The translations under genes were made by a program, and so were the position numbers. A stretch of 42,459 nucleotides of DNA from a virus, in IMG/VR virus record IMGVR_UViG_3300014879_000002, positions 1 through 42,459 of that record; one strand, 5' to 3'. The notes below the pieces were generated by a model. That model was not told the DNA's origin and made no database searches. It saw only the letters and a program-made list of their open reading frames with translations. Positions 17,376 to 25,498 of the stretch are shown piece by piece; position 1 is the first letter of the stretch, and the number at the start of each line of letters is the position of its first letter.

Positions 17376-17804
17376 ATGGCGGCATTTAACAAATTTCAGC
17401 AGTTCGTAGAAGATTTAGGTAAAGGTGTTCACAATTTCACCTCAGATGCTACCTGTACTGTAACGGTTGCTTTAACTAATGCAGCCAACCCACCAGTGGC
17501 GACCAATTCGGTATTGGCAAATCTTACACAGATTTCTTATACTAATTTAAGTTCAAGGGTGGTTACTGGGATTACATCGGAGCACACGACGGGAACTGTG
17601 ACGTTTACTGCGACTGACCTTATATTAACCGCAGGTGGCGGGTCGGTGGCTCCTTTCAGGTATGTCATTATTTATAATGACGATCCAACATCACCGGCAG
17701 ACCCGCTAATAGGTTGGTGGGATTATTTAAGTGATCTGACATTGGCGGATGGAGAAACATTAACTATAGACTTTGGGGCAAGTGGATTCGGAACGTTAGT
17801 ATAA
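17376..17804 (+). CDS. Hypothetical virion protein (142 aa)
   Basis: ATG ORF, Thr/Ala-rich and beta-like ('TVTVALTNAANPP...TGTVTFTATDLILTAGGGSVAPFRYVIIYND'). Its last 4 codons plus stop form the first unit of the 12-bp array. Confidence 0.65.
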   Translation: MAAFNKFQQFVEDLGKGVHNFTSDATCTVTVALTNAANPPVATNSVLANLTQISYTNLSSRVVTGITSEHTTGTVTFTATDLILTAGGGSVAPFRYVIIYNDDPTSPADPLIGWWDYLSDLTLADGETLTIDFGASGFGTLV

Positions 17805-17863
17805 ACGTTAGTATAAACGTTAGTATAAACGTTAGTATAAACGTTAGTATAAACGTTAATATA
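17792..17863. repeat. Tandem array of six 12-bp units AACGTTAGTATA (5 exact, with the last AACGTTAATATA)
   Basis: Read directly. Each unit contains the palindrome AACGTT and a TAA in frame with both flanking genes. The array ends 1 nt before the ATG at 17865. Confidence 0.95.
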
Positions 17864-17864
17864 A

Positions 17865-19127
17865 ATGGCAGCACCGACTTACATAACAGCTAGTACAGGT
17901 ACAACCGATGCAGGTGGGGCGTGGTCGCATACTTCGGCCGCTCCAGGAGCAGCCGGGCGTATTTATATTGTCCAGGTTGTTCAAGATGGCACAGGGGCGA
18001 ATACAATATCTGTTGATTCCGTTACCAATGCAGAAAATCTTGCTGGTACTGATGGTGTTCTTACTTCAATAGGTGAATTTAATATAGGCAGTGCCGTAGC
18101 TGCTTCTCAACATTTATGGATAGGACGTTCGCTGAACACATCAGCAATGGTAATCACAGGGGGGAATACTGGTACTGATGATTTATATATTAGAGTTTAT
18201 GAGTTTTCAGGAGTTAGTACAGGGACAACACTTGCAACTGTTATAGAAAACGCAACTGCTGGTTCAACTACAACAGGTGCGGGAACAAGTACAACGGTGG
18301 CGGATGCTTCAGTACAAACACTTGGTACTAACAGGTTGGCTTTAAATTTTATTGGAACAAATGACGATCTAACGATTGGGGGGTCGTTCACAGGGGAAAC
18401 TGGTGGGGATTGGGCTTCAGTTGCTTCTTATGGCACATCTACTGGAACAGATGCTGCTCTAAACTTAAACACGGCAACCATTGCAAGTGCCGGAACAATA
18501 GATGGAGGTACGTACACTATCACCTCAATGGCATGGGGAGTGGTTGGGTTTGCTTTAATACCTGTTGCACTTTCATTAACTGTGGATGCTGCAACATTTA
18601 ATTTAACTGGTGCAGCGGTAACATTAACTAAGCAAAGTAAATTAACATCAAATGAAGGTTCGTTTAATTTCACCGGAAGTAGCGTAGGATTAATTAAAGG
18701 GTATAGGTTAATAGCTGAAGCCGGTGTATTTAATTTAACCGGGTCATCGGTAACGCTAACTAAACAAAGCAAGATTACGGCAGAAGCAGGTGTATTTGTT
18801 TTTACAGGATCAAGTGCAAGCTTAACAGCACAAAGAACCATAACGACAGACCCAGGGTCATTCTTGTTTACAGGATCAGATGCTAATTTGATATATACTC
18901 CAAGTGGTGATTCCACTATTTCTGTTAATCCAGGTTCGTTCATATTTACAGGTAGTGATGTTAATTTAATAGTTGGGGGGACTCCGGTTATCGCTCAGCC
19001 CGGTGGTAGTGGTTGGTTTGTTAGAGATAAAAAAGAAGAAAAAAAGAAACGTATAAGTAAGGATGACGATGAATGTTTAATGATAGTAAAATTATTTATG
19101 GTATGCGAATCAGAGAACACTTTTTAA
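17865..19127 (+). CDS. Repeat-containing virion protein (420 aa), fibre or decoration candidate
   Basis: About seven ~22-aa repeats of the form 'aGvFnlTGSsVtLTkqSKIt' ('ATFNLTGAAVTLTKQSKLTS', 'GSFNFTGSSVGLIKGYRLIA', 'GVFNLTGSSVTLTKQSKITA', 'GVFVFTGSSASLTAQRTITT', 'GSFLFTGSDANLIY', 'GSFIFTGSDVNLIV'). Lys-rich C-terminal tail. Confidence 0.7.
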   Translation: MAAPTYITASTGTTDAGGAWSHTSAAPGAAGRIYIVQVVQDGTGANTISVDSVTNAENLAGTDGVLTSIGEFNIGSAVAASQHLWIGRSLNTSAMVITGGNTGTDDLYIRVYEFSGVSTGTTLATVIENATAGSTTTGAGTSTTVADASVQTLGTNRLALNFIGTNDDLTIGGSFTGETGGDWASVASYGTSTGTDAALNLNTATIASAGTIDGGTYTITSMAWGVVGFALIPVALSLTVDAATFNLTGAAVTLTKQSKLTSNEGSFNFTGSSVGLIKGYRLIAEAGVFNLTGSSVTLTKQSKITAEAGVFVFTGSSASLTAQRTITTDPGSFLFTGSDANLIYTPSGDSTISVNPGSFIFTGSDVNLIVGGTPVIAQPGGSGWFVRDKKEEKKKRISKDDDECLMIVKLFMVCESENTF

Positions 19128-19288
19128 ACACCGAATTATTAAAGGAATTTGATAAGAAGGTAAATGATGGCAAAAACGAATATGAGGCAGCTAAGGAAGT
19201 TATCATTTCGCAGCATCAAATTTTACATAATAAGATGAACGAAATAAGGAAAAAATTACAGGTTAAAGAGGTAAAATATGAGTCTTAA
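19073..19288 (+). CDS. Hypothetical protein (71 aa)
   Basis: ATG ORF overlapping the previous gene by 55 nt (an internal ATG at 19103 would reduce this). Helical and charged. Confidence 0.4.
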   Translation: MFNDSKIIYGMRIREHFLNTELLKEFDKKVNDGKNEYEAAKEVIISQHQILHNKMNEIRKKLQVKEVKYES

Positions 19289-19868
19289 CATACTTCTTAT
19301 CAGCGACACGATGATTAAAGAAAGGACGGCTATACATGGTAATATAGATCCTAAACTTTTATACCCTGAAATTAAGACTTCGCAGGATATGTACATACAC
19401 CCTATTTTAGGGACAGCCCTTTATAACAGATTACTGGCAGATGTAAACGTGAGTGGAATTACAGGTGATTACAAAACTCTTTTAGATTCTTATATCGTAG
19501 ATCCGTTGATGTACTATACACTTGCTTCTCTTCCTATACCAATTTCTTACCAGTTCTGGAATAAAGGAGTCATAAGGAAACAAGGAACCGAAACCGAGCT
19601 CCCTTCAATGAGTGAACTAATTGATTTGGCTAATCATTATCGTATAAGAGCAGAATGGTATGGTGAAAGACTAACGAAATATTTGAAGCAATATGCAAGC
19701 GAATCCTTTCTTCCTGAGTACTTAGACCCCGGAAGTGGAATAGATACTATCATTCCTGAAAATTCGGCGTTTACGATGCCTATTTATTTAGGAGATCACG
19801 ACTATTGTCCACACCCTGATAAAAATAATTGTAACTGTAACGACAAATATGGCGAAAAATATTACTAA
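19278..19868 (+). CDS. Hypothetical virion protein (196 aa), head-tail connector/adaptor candidate
   Basis: ATG ORF. 'ISDTMIKERTAIHGNIDPKLLYPEIKTSQDMYIHPILGTALYNRL' resembles gp6-like adaptor N-termini, but this is an impression only. Confidence 0.5.
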   Translation: MSLNILLISDTMIKERTAIHGNIDPKLLYPEIKTSQDMYIHPILGTALYNRLLADVNVSGITGDYKTLLDSYIVDPLMYYTLASLPIPISYQFWNKGVIRKQGTETELPSMSELIDLANHYRIRAEWYGERLTKYLKQYASESFLPEYLDPGSGIDTIIPENSAFTMPIYLGDHDYCPHPDKNNCNCNDKYGEKYY

Positions 19869-19918
19869 AAAAAATTTAGAAAAGCTAAAGATATATTTAA
19901 AAGAGCAATCAAAACTAA

Positions 19919-20671
19919 ATGACCCTAAACACAATACAAAGCAGATTAAGAAGCCTCGCCCTCGCTCACAGGCAGATTAATCATTTCTACTTTGGGGATG
20001 AGCCTGAATTTGACGCTCAGACAGACATTACTTTTCCGGGGTGTTTTTGTGTCATTTTACCTGGGAGCATTGATAGAATTAACCATTTACAGAATTACAT
20101 TTTCCGTATCTACTTCTTAGACTTAGTTCATGTAGCTGAAAGGACAGAAGAAAATGAGACTGAGGTTTTGAGTGACATGGATTCAGTCGCAAGTGATTTC
20201 GTTTCGATGCTTTTAAATCCTCTTTATCAGGATGACTGGATTGTGGGTGATGTAACTCCGACCAATCCGGTCACAGAAAGTTTAGGGGACATGGTTGCAG
20301 GGGTTTTTATTGACATAACACTTTCTACTGAATTTAACGGGGATTCATGTTTGGTCCCTGCTGATGATGTAGAATTTCCTCAAACTATAGACATGGCACG
20401 AACTAAAATTTATAAATACACAGCTACCGGATTGGAAGGAAATACTATTTCTATTCCTTCTCTTTCTGGTAAATACATTCTTGCCCTCTGGAGGGCAATG
20501 GCTTATAAAAGAGCAATAGCAGTTGCACCGACTGACAGCGAAAAGATCCAAGTGGGGACGGTTGATGCCGGAAGCGGGCAGGGAATTGTGGGTGATGGAA
20601 GTTTTATTTTACAAACAGGGGATGCTTTGATCGTTGACGAGCAGCTCGACATTTTATATTACGGAACATGA
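19919..20671 (+). CDS. Hypothetical virion protein (250 aa)
   Basis: ATG ORF. Its stop overlaps the next start (ATGA). Confidence 0.6.
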   Translation: MTLNTIQSRLRSLALAHRQINHFYFGDEPEFDAQTDITFPGCFCVILPGSIDRINHLQNYIFRIYFLDLVHVAERTEENETEVLSDMDSVASDFVSMLLNPLYQDDWIVGDVTPTNPVTESLGDMVAGVFIDITLSTEFNGDSCLVPADDVEFPQTIDMARTKIYKYTATGLEGNTISIPSLSGKYILALWRAMAYKRAIAVAPTDSEKIQVGTVDAGSGQGIVGDGSFILQTGDALIVDEQLDILYYGT

Positions 20672-22665
20672 AAAAAATATTTTTATTATTATTTCTTTTA
20701 ATTGGGTTTTTGGGGTATGGGCAAACGTTACAATATGTCAATACTTATGGCTATGATTTTAATAAACTTAAAGTAAGGGATTTGATGGGGTTACCTACGG
20801 ATACCTTCACGGTTCCTTCCAATTTACAGACTGTACCGTTTATAGCCCGTAAAAGTAATGTTACATACTTCTGGCACACAGTGAATCTTGTTTGGGAGCA
20901 GGATGCAGGCGGCTCAGGAACGGCAGGTGAAGGAATAACCATAACAGGGGGGGCGGTTAATTTAGGCGGTTTAATTGCATCCCCTGCCACTGGATTTACT
21001 TCAGATAGAACGGTAAATACTAACCGAAAAGGAATGATTTGGGTTAATGGTACTATTTCTGATTTAGTTGACCCTGGCGGGGCTTCATGGGATTTTGGGC
21101 AGGAGGTTTTTTCGCCTTCACAGTTTTTAAGTGCAGACACTTTAACCGCAAATGATGTTGACCCTCCAACAGCGGCAATGCCCTGGAGTGGGATATTCGC
21201 ACGAAGGGAGATTTATTTGAATAGTGGAATATTAAGAACTCAAAAAGTTTTTGGACATAGCTTTTGGTTAAGATGGAATTGGTTAGATACAATGTCTTTT
21301 AGAACAGAAAGCGGGGATTATAATAATTCGTTTCAAGTCGTAAATGAACTTTCTCCCAGAGGAACGGGCCGACAAGGTGCAAGGGCTTCACATGGAACGG
21401 GTCAGAATCTTTCCAGGGCTTACGGAGAGTATGCGACACTATCAACAACATATTTAAATAACACAGGAAGCAATTATGTTTATATTAATGGGCATCTTGG
21501 TGGGTTCAATTCTTACTTAGCAATGGGTGCCGATAGTATCATGGGCGGCTTTGTTTATTACGGCACAGGAAGTGTAACAAGTGCCTCCAGTTATATTGCT
21601 AAAAGCTATGTATTGGCTCCATCTAATCAGAGTTTTACTCCACGCATCGATTCAGCTTTCTTTTTGTTTGATACCACAAGAGTTGAAAGGAGTTATCATG
21701 CGGGGAATATGGTTATCGGTCCTTCTGTGGGTTCAGCAAATACATGGTCGTCTTCGGACCAATTAAAAATATTAGGAAACGTAGTTACTACTGACACGGT
21801 TAATATCGGTGCTGCTAACTCAATGACTGATACATTAGGTGTAGATATTTTATTAAGAAGACGGGCTAATGGTGGAGTAGAGATTATAAGAGCAGACCAG
21901 TTATCTGCATTTTTAGGCGCGCCAAGTCTTACTAAAGGCTTTATGACTGATGCTTTAACCGTTGCAGGTTCTACGACAATTATACCACGTTATTTCTGGT
22001 ATGATGAATTTCAGGGATCTCAAACAAATACAGTCGGGACAACTTTTATGTTTGAACTGGTCTCGGGAACAGGTGCTAATGCTTCAGCAACTACAAATGC
22101 TTCGACGATTTCAGGGGCTACTGGTTACGGTTATGCAGAATTAACTACAGGAACAACATCTACGGGTAAAGCGGTTTTAAGCGGAGGTTATGGTGCAACC
22201 AACCAGAATCAAATGGGCAAGGTTGATAACGATTATTATTATAGATGCGAATTTAAAAACGTAATCATAAATGACCTTAGCGATGGTTCAGAAACTTATA
22301 AAATATTTATAGGCTTCCAGATAGATAATACGGTATCAAATGCTATTTACTTTACTTATACTGATACTGAAAATTCAGGTGTTTGGAATTGTACTTCTCA
22401 CAATAATGTAACTCCGCAAACAACTTCAACGATAACAACTGTAGCAGCAGATACCGAATATGATTTGGCTATTGAATATTATAACCAGACCGCAAAGTTT
22501 TATTTGAATGGCACTTTAGTAGCAACACACAGCACACAAGTACCGGCGGCTGCTTCTATAATGTATGCACCATCAGCTAAGATATTAAAGAGTTTAGGAA
22601 GCCTTGCGCGAATAATTTATATTGATGCAGCAGGTTTAAGAATTACTCACGAAAACGATTTATAA
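20668..22665 (+). CDS. Exported large protein (665 aa) with a cleavable signal peptide and a C-terminal ConA/LamG-like jelly-roll region; receptor-binding or adhesin-like
   Basis: 'MKKIFLLLFLLIGFLGYG|QTLQY' is a classic Sec signal with Gln at +1. The C-terminal part 'YKIFIGFQIDNTVSNAIYFTY...YDLAIEYYNQTAKFYLNGTLVATH' is lectin/LamG-like. Confidence 0.65.
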   Translation: MKKIFLLLFLLIGFLGYGQTLQYVNTYGYDFNKLKVRDLMGLPTDTFTVPSNLQTVPFIARKSNVTYFWHTVNLVWEQDAGGSGTAGEGITITGGAVNLGGLIASPATGFTSDRTVNTNRKGMIWVNGTISDLVDPGGASWDFGQEVFSPSQFLSADTLTANDVDPPTAAMPWSGIFARREIYLNSGILRTQKVFGHSFWLRWNWLDTMSFRTESGDYNNSFQVVNELSPRGTGRQGARASHGTGQNLSRAYGEYATLSTTYLNNTGSNYVYINGHLGGFNSYLAMGADSIMGGFVYYGTGSVTSASSYIAKSYVLAPSNQSFTPRIDSAFFLFDTTRVERSYHAGNMVIGPSVGSANTWSSSDQLKILGNVVTTDTVNIGAANSMTDTLGVDILLRRRANGGVEIIRADQLSAFLGAPSLTKGFMTDALTVAGSTTIIPRYFWYDEFQGSQTNTVGTTFMFELVSGTGANASATTNASTISGATGYGYAELTTGTTSTGKAVLSGGYGATNQNQMGKVDNDYYYRCEFKNVIINDLSDGSETYKIFIGFQIDNTVSNAIYFTYTDTENSGVWNCTSHNNVTPQTTSTITTVAADTEYDLAIEYYNQTAKFYLNGTLVATHSTQVPAAASIMYAPSAKILKSLGSLARIIYIDAAGLRITHENDL

Positions 22666-22892
22666 TGGCAATAAGAGCAATCCAAAGCGCAAACACATTT
22701 GTAACATACGATGATACAGTATATACACTTATTGATACATACGGCACACCTTCGGGACATTTTACAATAAAGAAAATCAGCGATGAAGTGGAGTATTGTA
22801 CTATATATTCAGAAGGAATAATCAGGTGGAATTTAATACAAATTGGATGGATTACAGCACAGGGGCAACATTTAAGAGTAGCATTACCATAG
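22665..22892 (+). CDS. Hypothetical protein (75 aa)
   Basis: ATG overlapping the previous stop (TAATG). Fills the gap before the ATG at 22901. Confidence 0.45.
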   Translation: MAIRAIQSANTFVTYDDTVYTLIDTYGTPSGHFTIKKISDEVEYCTIYSEGIIRWNLIQIGWITAQGQHLRVALP

Positions 22893-22900
22893 TGAATTTT

Positions 22901-24382
22901 ATGAATTATATTCTATTCATAGCTTTTTTTTTATTATTCCATACCTTATCCATAGGGCAAACAGACACAATTAGATTCGGCTCAGATAGTGCGGTAATAA
23001 TTAAACATCAATACACGTTTACCCAGACAAGGGTTAAACTTCCACCCAAATCTTCTGCGGGAACGTCATTTTTTATCCCTAAAAGCTTTTCGTACAGGCA
23101 AAGGAATTTCGCCGGGTTTGAGGCATGGAACTATCAGAATTACACAAACTTCGGCGGTGGGTTTAAGGACGCTTATTTCCGTTTTGTGTGGCTGGACATT
23201 GAAAAAAGTAAAGGTGTTTATGATTGGACTCGGTTTGACCAGGAAGCCAACAAAGCCTTTTCCGTAGGCGCAAAGTTCTCATTCGGGATAATGATTCTTT
23301 GTGATTCAGATGATTTCCTTTCTGAAGAGTTTATAAATGGGTCATCGTCCCGTTATCCTAAATATTTACACGATTCCATGCAAAAGGCAAGTGTCAAAGA
23401 TTTTGCGACAAATGGCCAATGGGTTCCTAATTGGAACTCTAATTACTTGCTGGACAGGTTTGACAGTTTACTGTTTACTGTAAACAGACACTTACATGAA
23501 AAAGGGTGGGGTGATAGAATTAATTACATTGATATTAGGGGATATGGTCAATGGGGTGAATGGCACATGGCTAATATTGCAGATGATATTAACTTCCTTC
23601 CTGTTAAGCCAACTGTTTATACTTATAAACGATTTATTGACTCTCATATTAAAGCTTTCCCAGATATTCAATTAGTAATGCTTTTAGGGGTTTTAGATGC
23701 TGACTGGCTTCAAAACACACGTACACCTTCTGAAGTTACTTATTACGCTGTTACTGCAAGAAACAACAAAGGGCTTTTAGGAATACGAAGGGATCAATGG
23801 GGTGCGACTGATGGATATATTAAGGACTATTTAGAGAATAACAATAGATCGTGGGGGACTTCAGGACCATTCAAAAGTATCATCATGGAGCGTTGGAAGT
23901 TTGCTCCCTGGGTCGGGGAACCAATGGGACCGGGGTCTAATCTTTCCGACCTGACAAGGCAAATAACTTTTTATCACGCCGCTTCAATAGGTAATGGTAA
24001 TTACACCCCGGATGCCACTTCAATGAGTTATTTACGTCAGGCAGAAGCATTGGCGGGGTATAAGATTTCCATTGATTCAGGGAAAGTAAAGTTTAATTCA
24101 GACGGAATAAGCATTTCTCTTTCCTTAACGAATTTCGGCAATGCCCCATGTTATGAGTCTTACCAACTTGTTTATTCGTTAAAAGGGTCGCAGGTATTCA
24201 CGTTTACGTCAAACTGGAGTCCGTATTTGAAACTTCCCGGGGTACATAATGTCTCAGAAACATGGTTAAAAACTATTCCATCTGGGACATACACACTAAC
24301 CGCAACGATAAAAAACAACTACAGAACAATGCCAATTTACAACAGCTCTAATGAAGTAACATTAACAACTTTAACCAAATGA
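22901..24382 (+). CDS. Exported TIM-barrel glycoside-hydrolase-like enzyme (493 aa from ATG 22901)
   Basis: Track ORF 22796..24382, but the in-frame ATG at 22901 gives a signal peptide 'MNYILFIAFFLLFHTLSIG|QTDT'. 'YFRFVWLDIEKSKGVYDWTRFD' and 'IDIRGYGQWGEWH' resemble GH42 / DUF4832-type hydrolases. Confidence 0.55.
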   Translation: MNYILFIAFFLLFHTLSIGQTDTIRFGSDSAVIIKHQYTFTQTRVKLPPKSSAGTSFFIPKSFSYRQRNFAGFEAWNYQNYTNFGGGFKDAYFRFVWLDIEKSKGVYDWTRFDQEANKAFSVGAKFSFGIMILCDSDDFLSEEFINGSSSRYPKYLHDSMQKASVKDFATNGQWVPNWNSNYLLDRFDSLLFTVNRHLHEKGWGDRINYIDIRGYGQWGEWHMANIADDINFLPVKPTVYTYKRFIDSHIKAFPDIQLVMLLGVLDADWLQNTRTPSEVTYYAVTARNNKGLLGIRRDQWGATDGYIKDYLENNNRSWGTSGPFKSIIMERWKFAPWVGEPMGPGSNLSDLTRQITFYHAASIGNGNYTPDATSMSYLRQAEALAGYKISIDSGKVKFNSDGISISLSLTNFGNAPCYESYQLVYSLKGSQVFTFTSNWSPYLKLPGVHNVSETWLKTIPSGTYTLTATIKNNYRTMPIYNSSNEVTLTTLTK

Positions 24383-24552
24383 ACTTAGATACCATGAGTT
24401 TTAAGTTAAACGGGATTTCGGTGTTCTTATCGGTTATCACTGGCAATGAGATTCTAATGATATTAGCCGGGATGGCTACAGGAACGACATTTATTTATAA
24501 CGGAATAAAAATTTATAAAGAACTAAAAAACAAAAAAAATGCCCAAAAGTAA
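24379..24552 (+). CDS. Holin candidate (57 aa; below the ORF-track cutoff)
   Basis: ATGA overlap with the previous stop. Sequence 'MNLDTMSFKLNGISVFLSVITGNEILMILAGMATGTTFIYNGIKIYKELKNKKNAQK': hydrophobic core plus a basic C-terminal tail, upstream of the endolysin. Confidence 0.5.
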   Translation: MNLDTMSFKLNGISVFLSVITGNEILMILAGMATGTTFIYNGIKIYKELKNKKNAQK

Positions 24553-24769
24553 ATTTCTAGGTTTGAATTTAAACGACGCATGGAAGGGTATATTAACGGC
24601 TCTTGCAACTGCGGTAGTTGCTAACCTTACTAACATATTGGGGAACGGTTGGCCTACTTCTGCTGAACTATTAGATACATTAAGAATTGGTTTATATGCA
24701 GCAGGCGGGTACATTCTCAAAAATCTATTAACTAATAGTGACGGCGAAATTCTTAAAAAAGAAAACTAA
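24539..24769 (+). CDS. Small membrane protein (76 aa), second holin/antiholin candidate
   Basis: Hydrophobic segments 'GILTALATAVVANLTNILG' and 'LRIGLYAAGGYILKNLL'. Part of the lysis cluster. Confidence 0.5.
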   Translation: MPKSKFLGLNLNDAWKGILTALATAVVANLTNILGNGWPTSAELLDTLRIGLYAAGGYILKNLLTNSDGEILKKEN

Positions 24770-24774
24770 AAATA

Positions 24775-25032
24775 ATGTCAAATATAATTGCTGAATTATT
24801 TATGAGTGCCGCTAAGGGAGCGGGTAAGGCTAAGATCACAGAATTATTAGCAAAGATCAAATCTAATAATAGCCCTGAAGTTTACGAACAGTTTTTAAAA
24901 GCAGGTAGTTCGTTTTTTCTATTGATTAGCGATTTAGCCAAAAAGACTAAAACAAAGTTGGATGATTATTCAATAGGAATCTTTTTAGAGCCAATTCAGG
25001 AGGCAGCAGAAGCGGACGGAATTGAATTATGA
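24775..25032 (+). CDS. Hypothetical lysis-cluster protein (85 aa)
   Basis: ATG ORF. Hydrophobic stretch 'AGSSFFLLISDLA'. Its stop overlaps the endolysin start (ATGA). Confidence 0.5.
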   Translation: MSNIIAELFMSAAKGAGKAKITELLAKIKSNNSPEVYEQFLKAGSSFFLLISDLAKKTKTKLDDYSIGIFLEPIQEAAEADGIEL

Positions 25033-25490
25033 TGACTGATTCCCAAATATTATATAAATACGGAGAACCGGGGGACGTAGCCAATTTAAAGGTTATTACC
25101 CTCCCTTACCCTATGAGGATTGCATGGGATTTATCCAAGTCAGTAACAAAAATGCAATGCCATAAGCTTGTAGCTTCGAATTTCATAAATGTTTTTAACG
25201 ACCTTTTAGAAATTTACGGACTTGACGAGATCCAAAGGCTGGGGATTGACCTTTTTGGTGGGTGTTACAATTTTAGAAAAATGCGAGGCGGGACAAGATG
25301 GTCCCGGCACTCATGGGGAATTGCGATTGACCTGGACCCTGAACGAAACGGCTTAAAAGTAAAAAAACCCATTGCTCAATTTAGTAAACCCGAGTACAAG
25401 AAAATGGTTAGTATTTTTTATAAGCATGGATTTATAGGTTATGGACCGGAGAAAGATTACGATTGGATGCACTTTGAAATTTCTGTTTAA
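25029..25490 (+). CDS. Endolysin, peptidase M15 (VanY / L-alanyl-D-glutamate peptidase-type zinc peptidase)
   Basis: 'SRHSWGIAIDLD' is the SxHxxGxAxD zinc motif, and 'DWMHFE' is the second His motif. 153 aa. Confidence 0.85.
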   Translation: MMTDSQILYKYGEPGDVANLKVITLPYPMRIAWDLSKSVTKMQCHKLVASNFINVFNDLLEIYGLDEIQRLGIDLFGGCYNFRKMRGGTRWSRHSWGIAIDLDPERNGLKVKKPIAQFSKPEYKKMVSIFYKHGFIGYGPEKDYDWMHFEISV

Positions 25491-25498
25491 AATCATAT

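Noticed and set aside
17792-17863. Possible CRISPR array (short regular repeats).
   Set aside because: The units are directly abutting 12-mers with no spacers. They are far shorter than CRISPR repeats, and no cas genes are present.
18410-18943. Minus-strand 171-aa ORF and plus-strand Cys-rich 63-aa alternate-frame ORF within the repeat-protein gene.
   Set aside because: These are shadow or alternate-frame ORFs kept open by the periodic repeat DNA. The main frame gives a coherent 420-aa protein.
20751-21292. Minus-strand ORFs of 129 and 79 aa inside gene 20668..22665.
   Set aside because: Antisense shadows. The plus-strand ORF has a textbook signal peptide and continuous coding potential.
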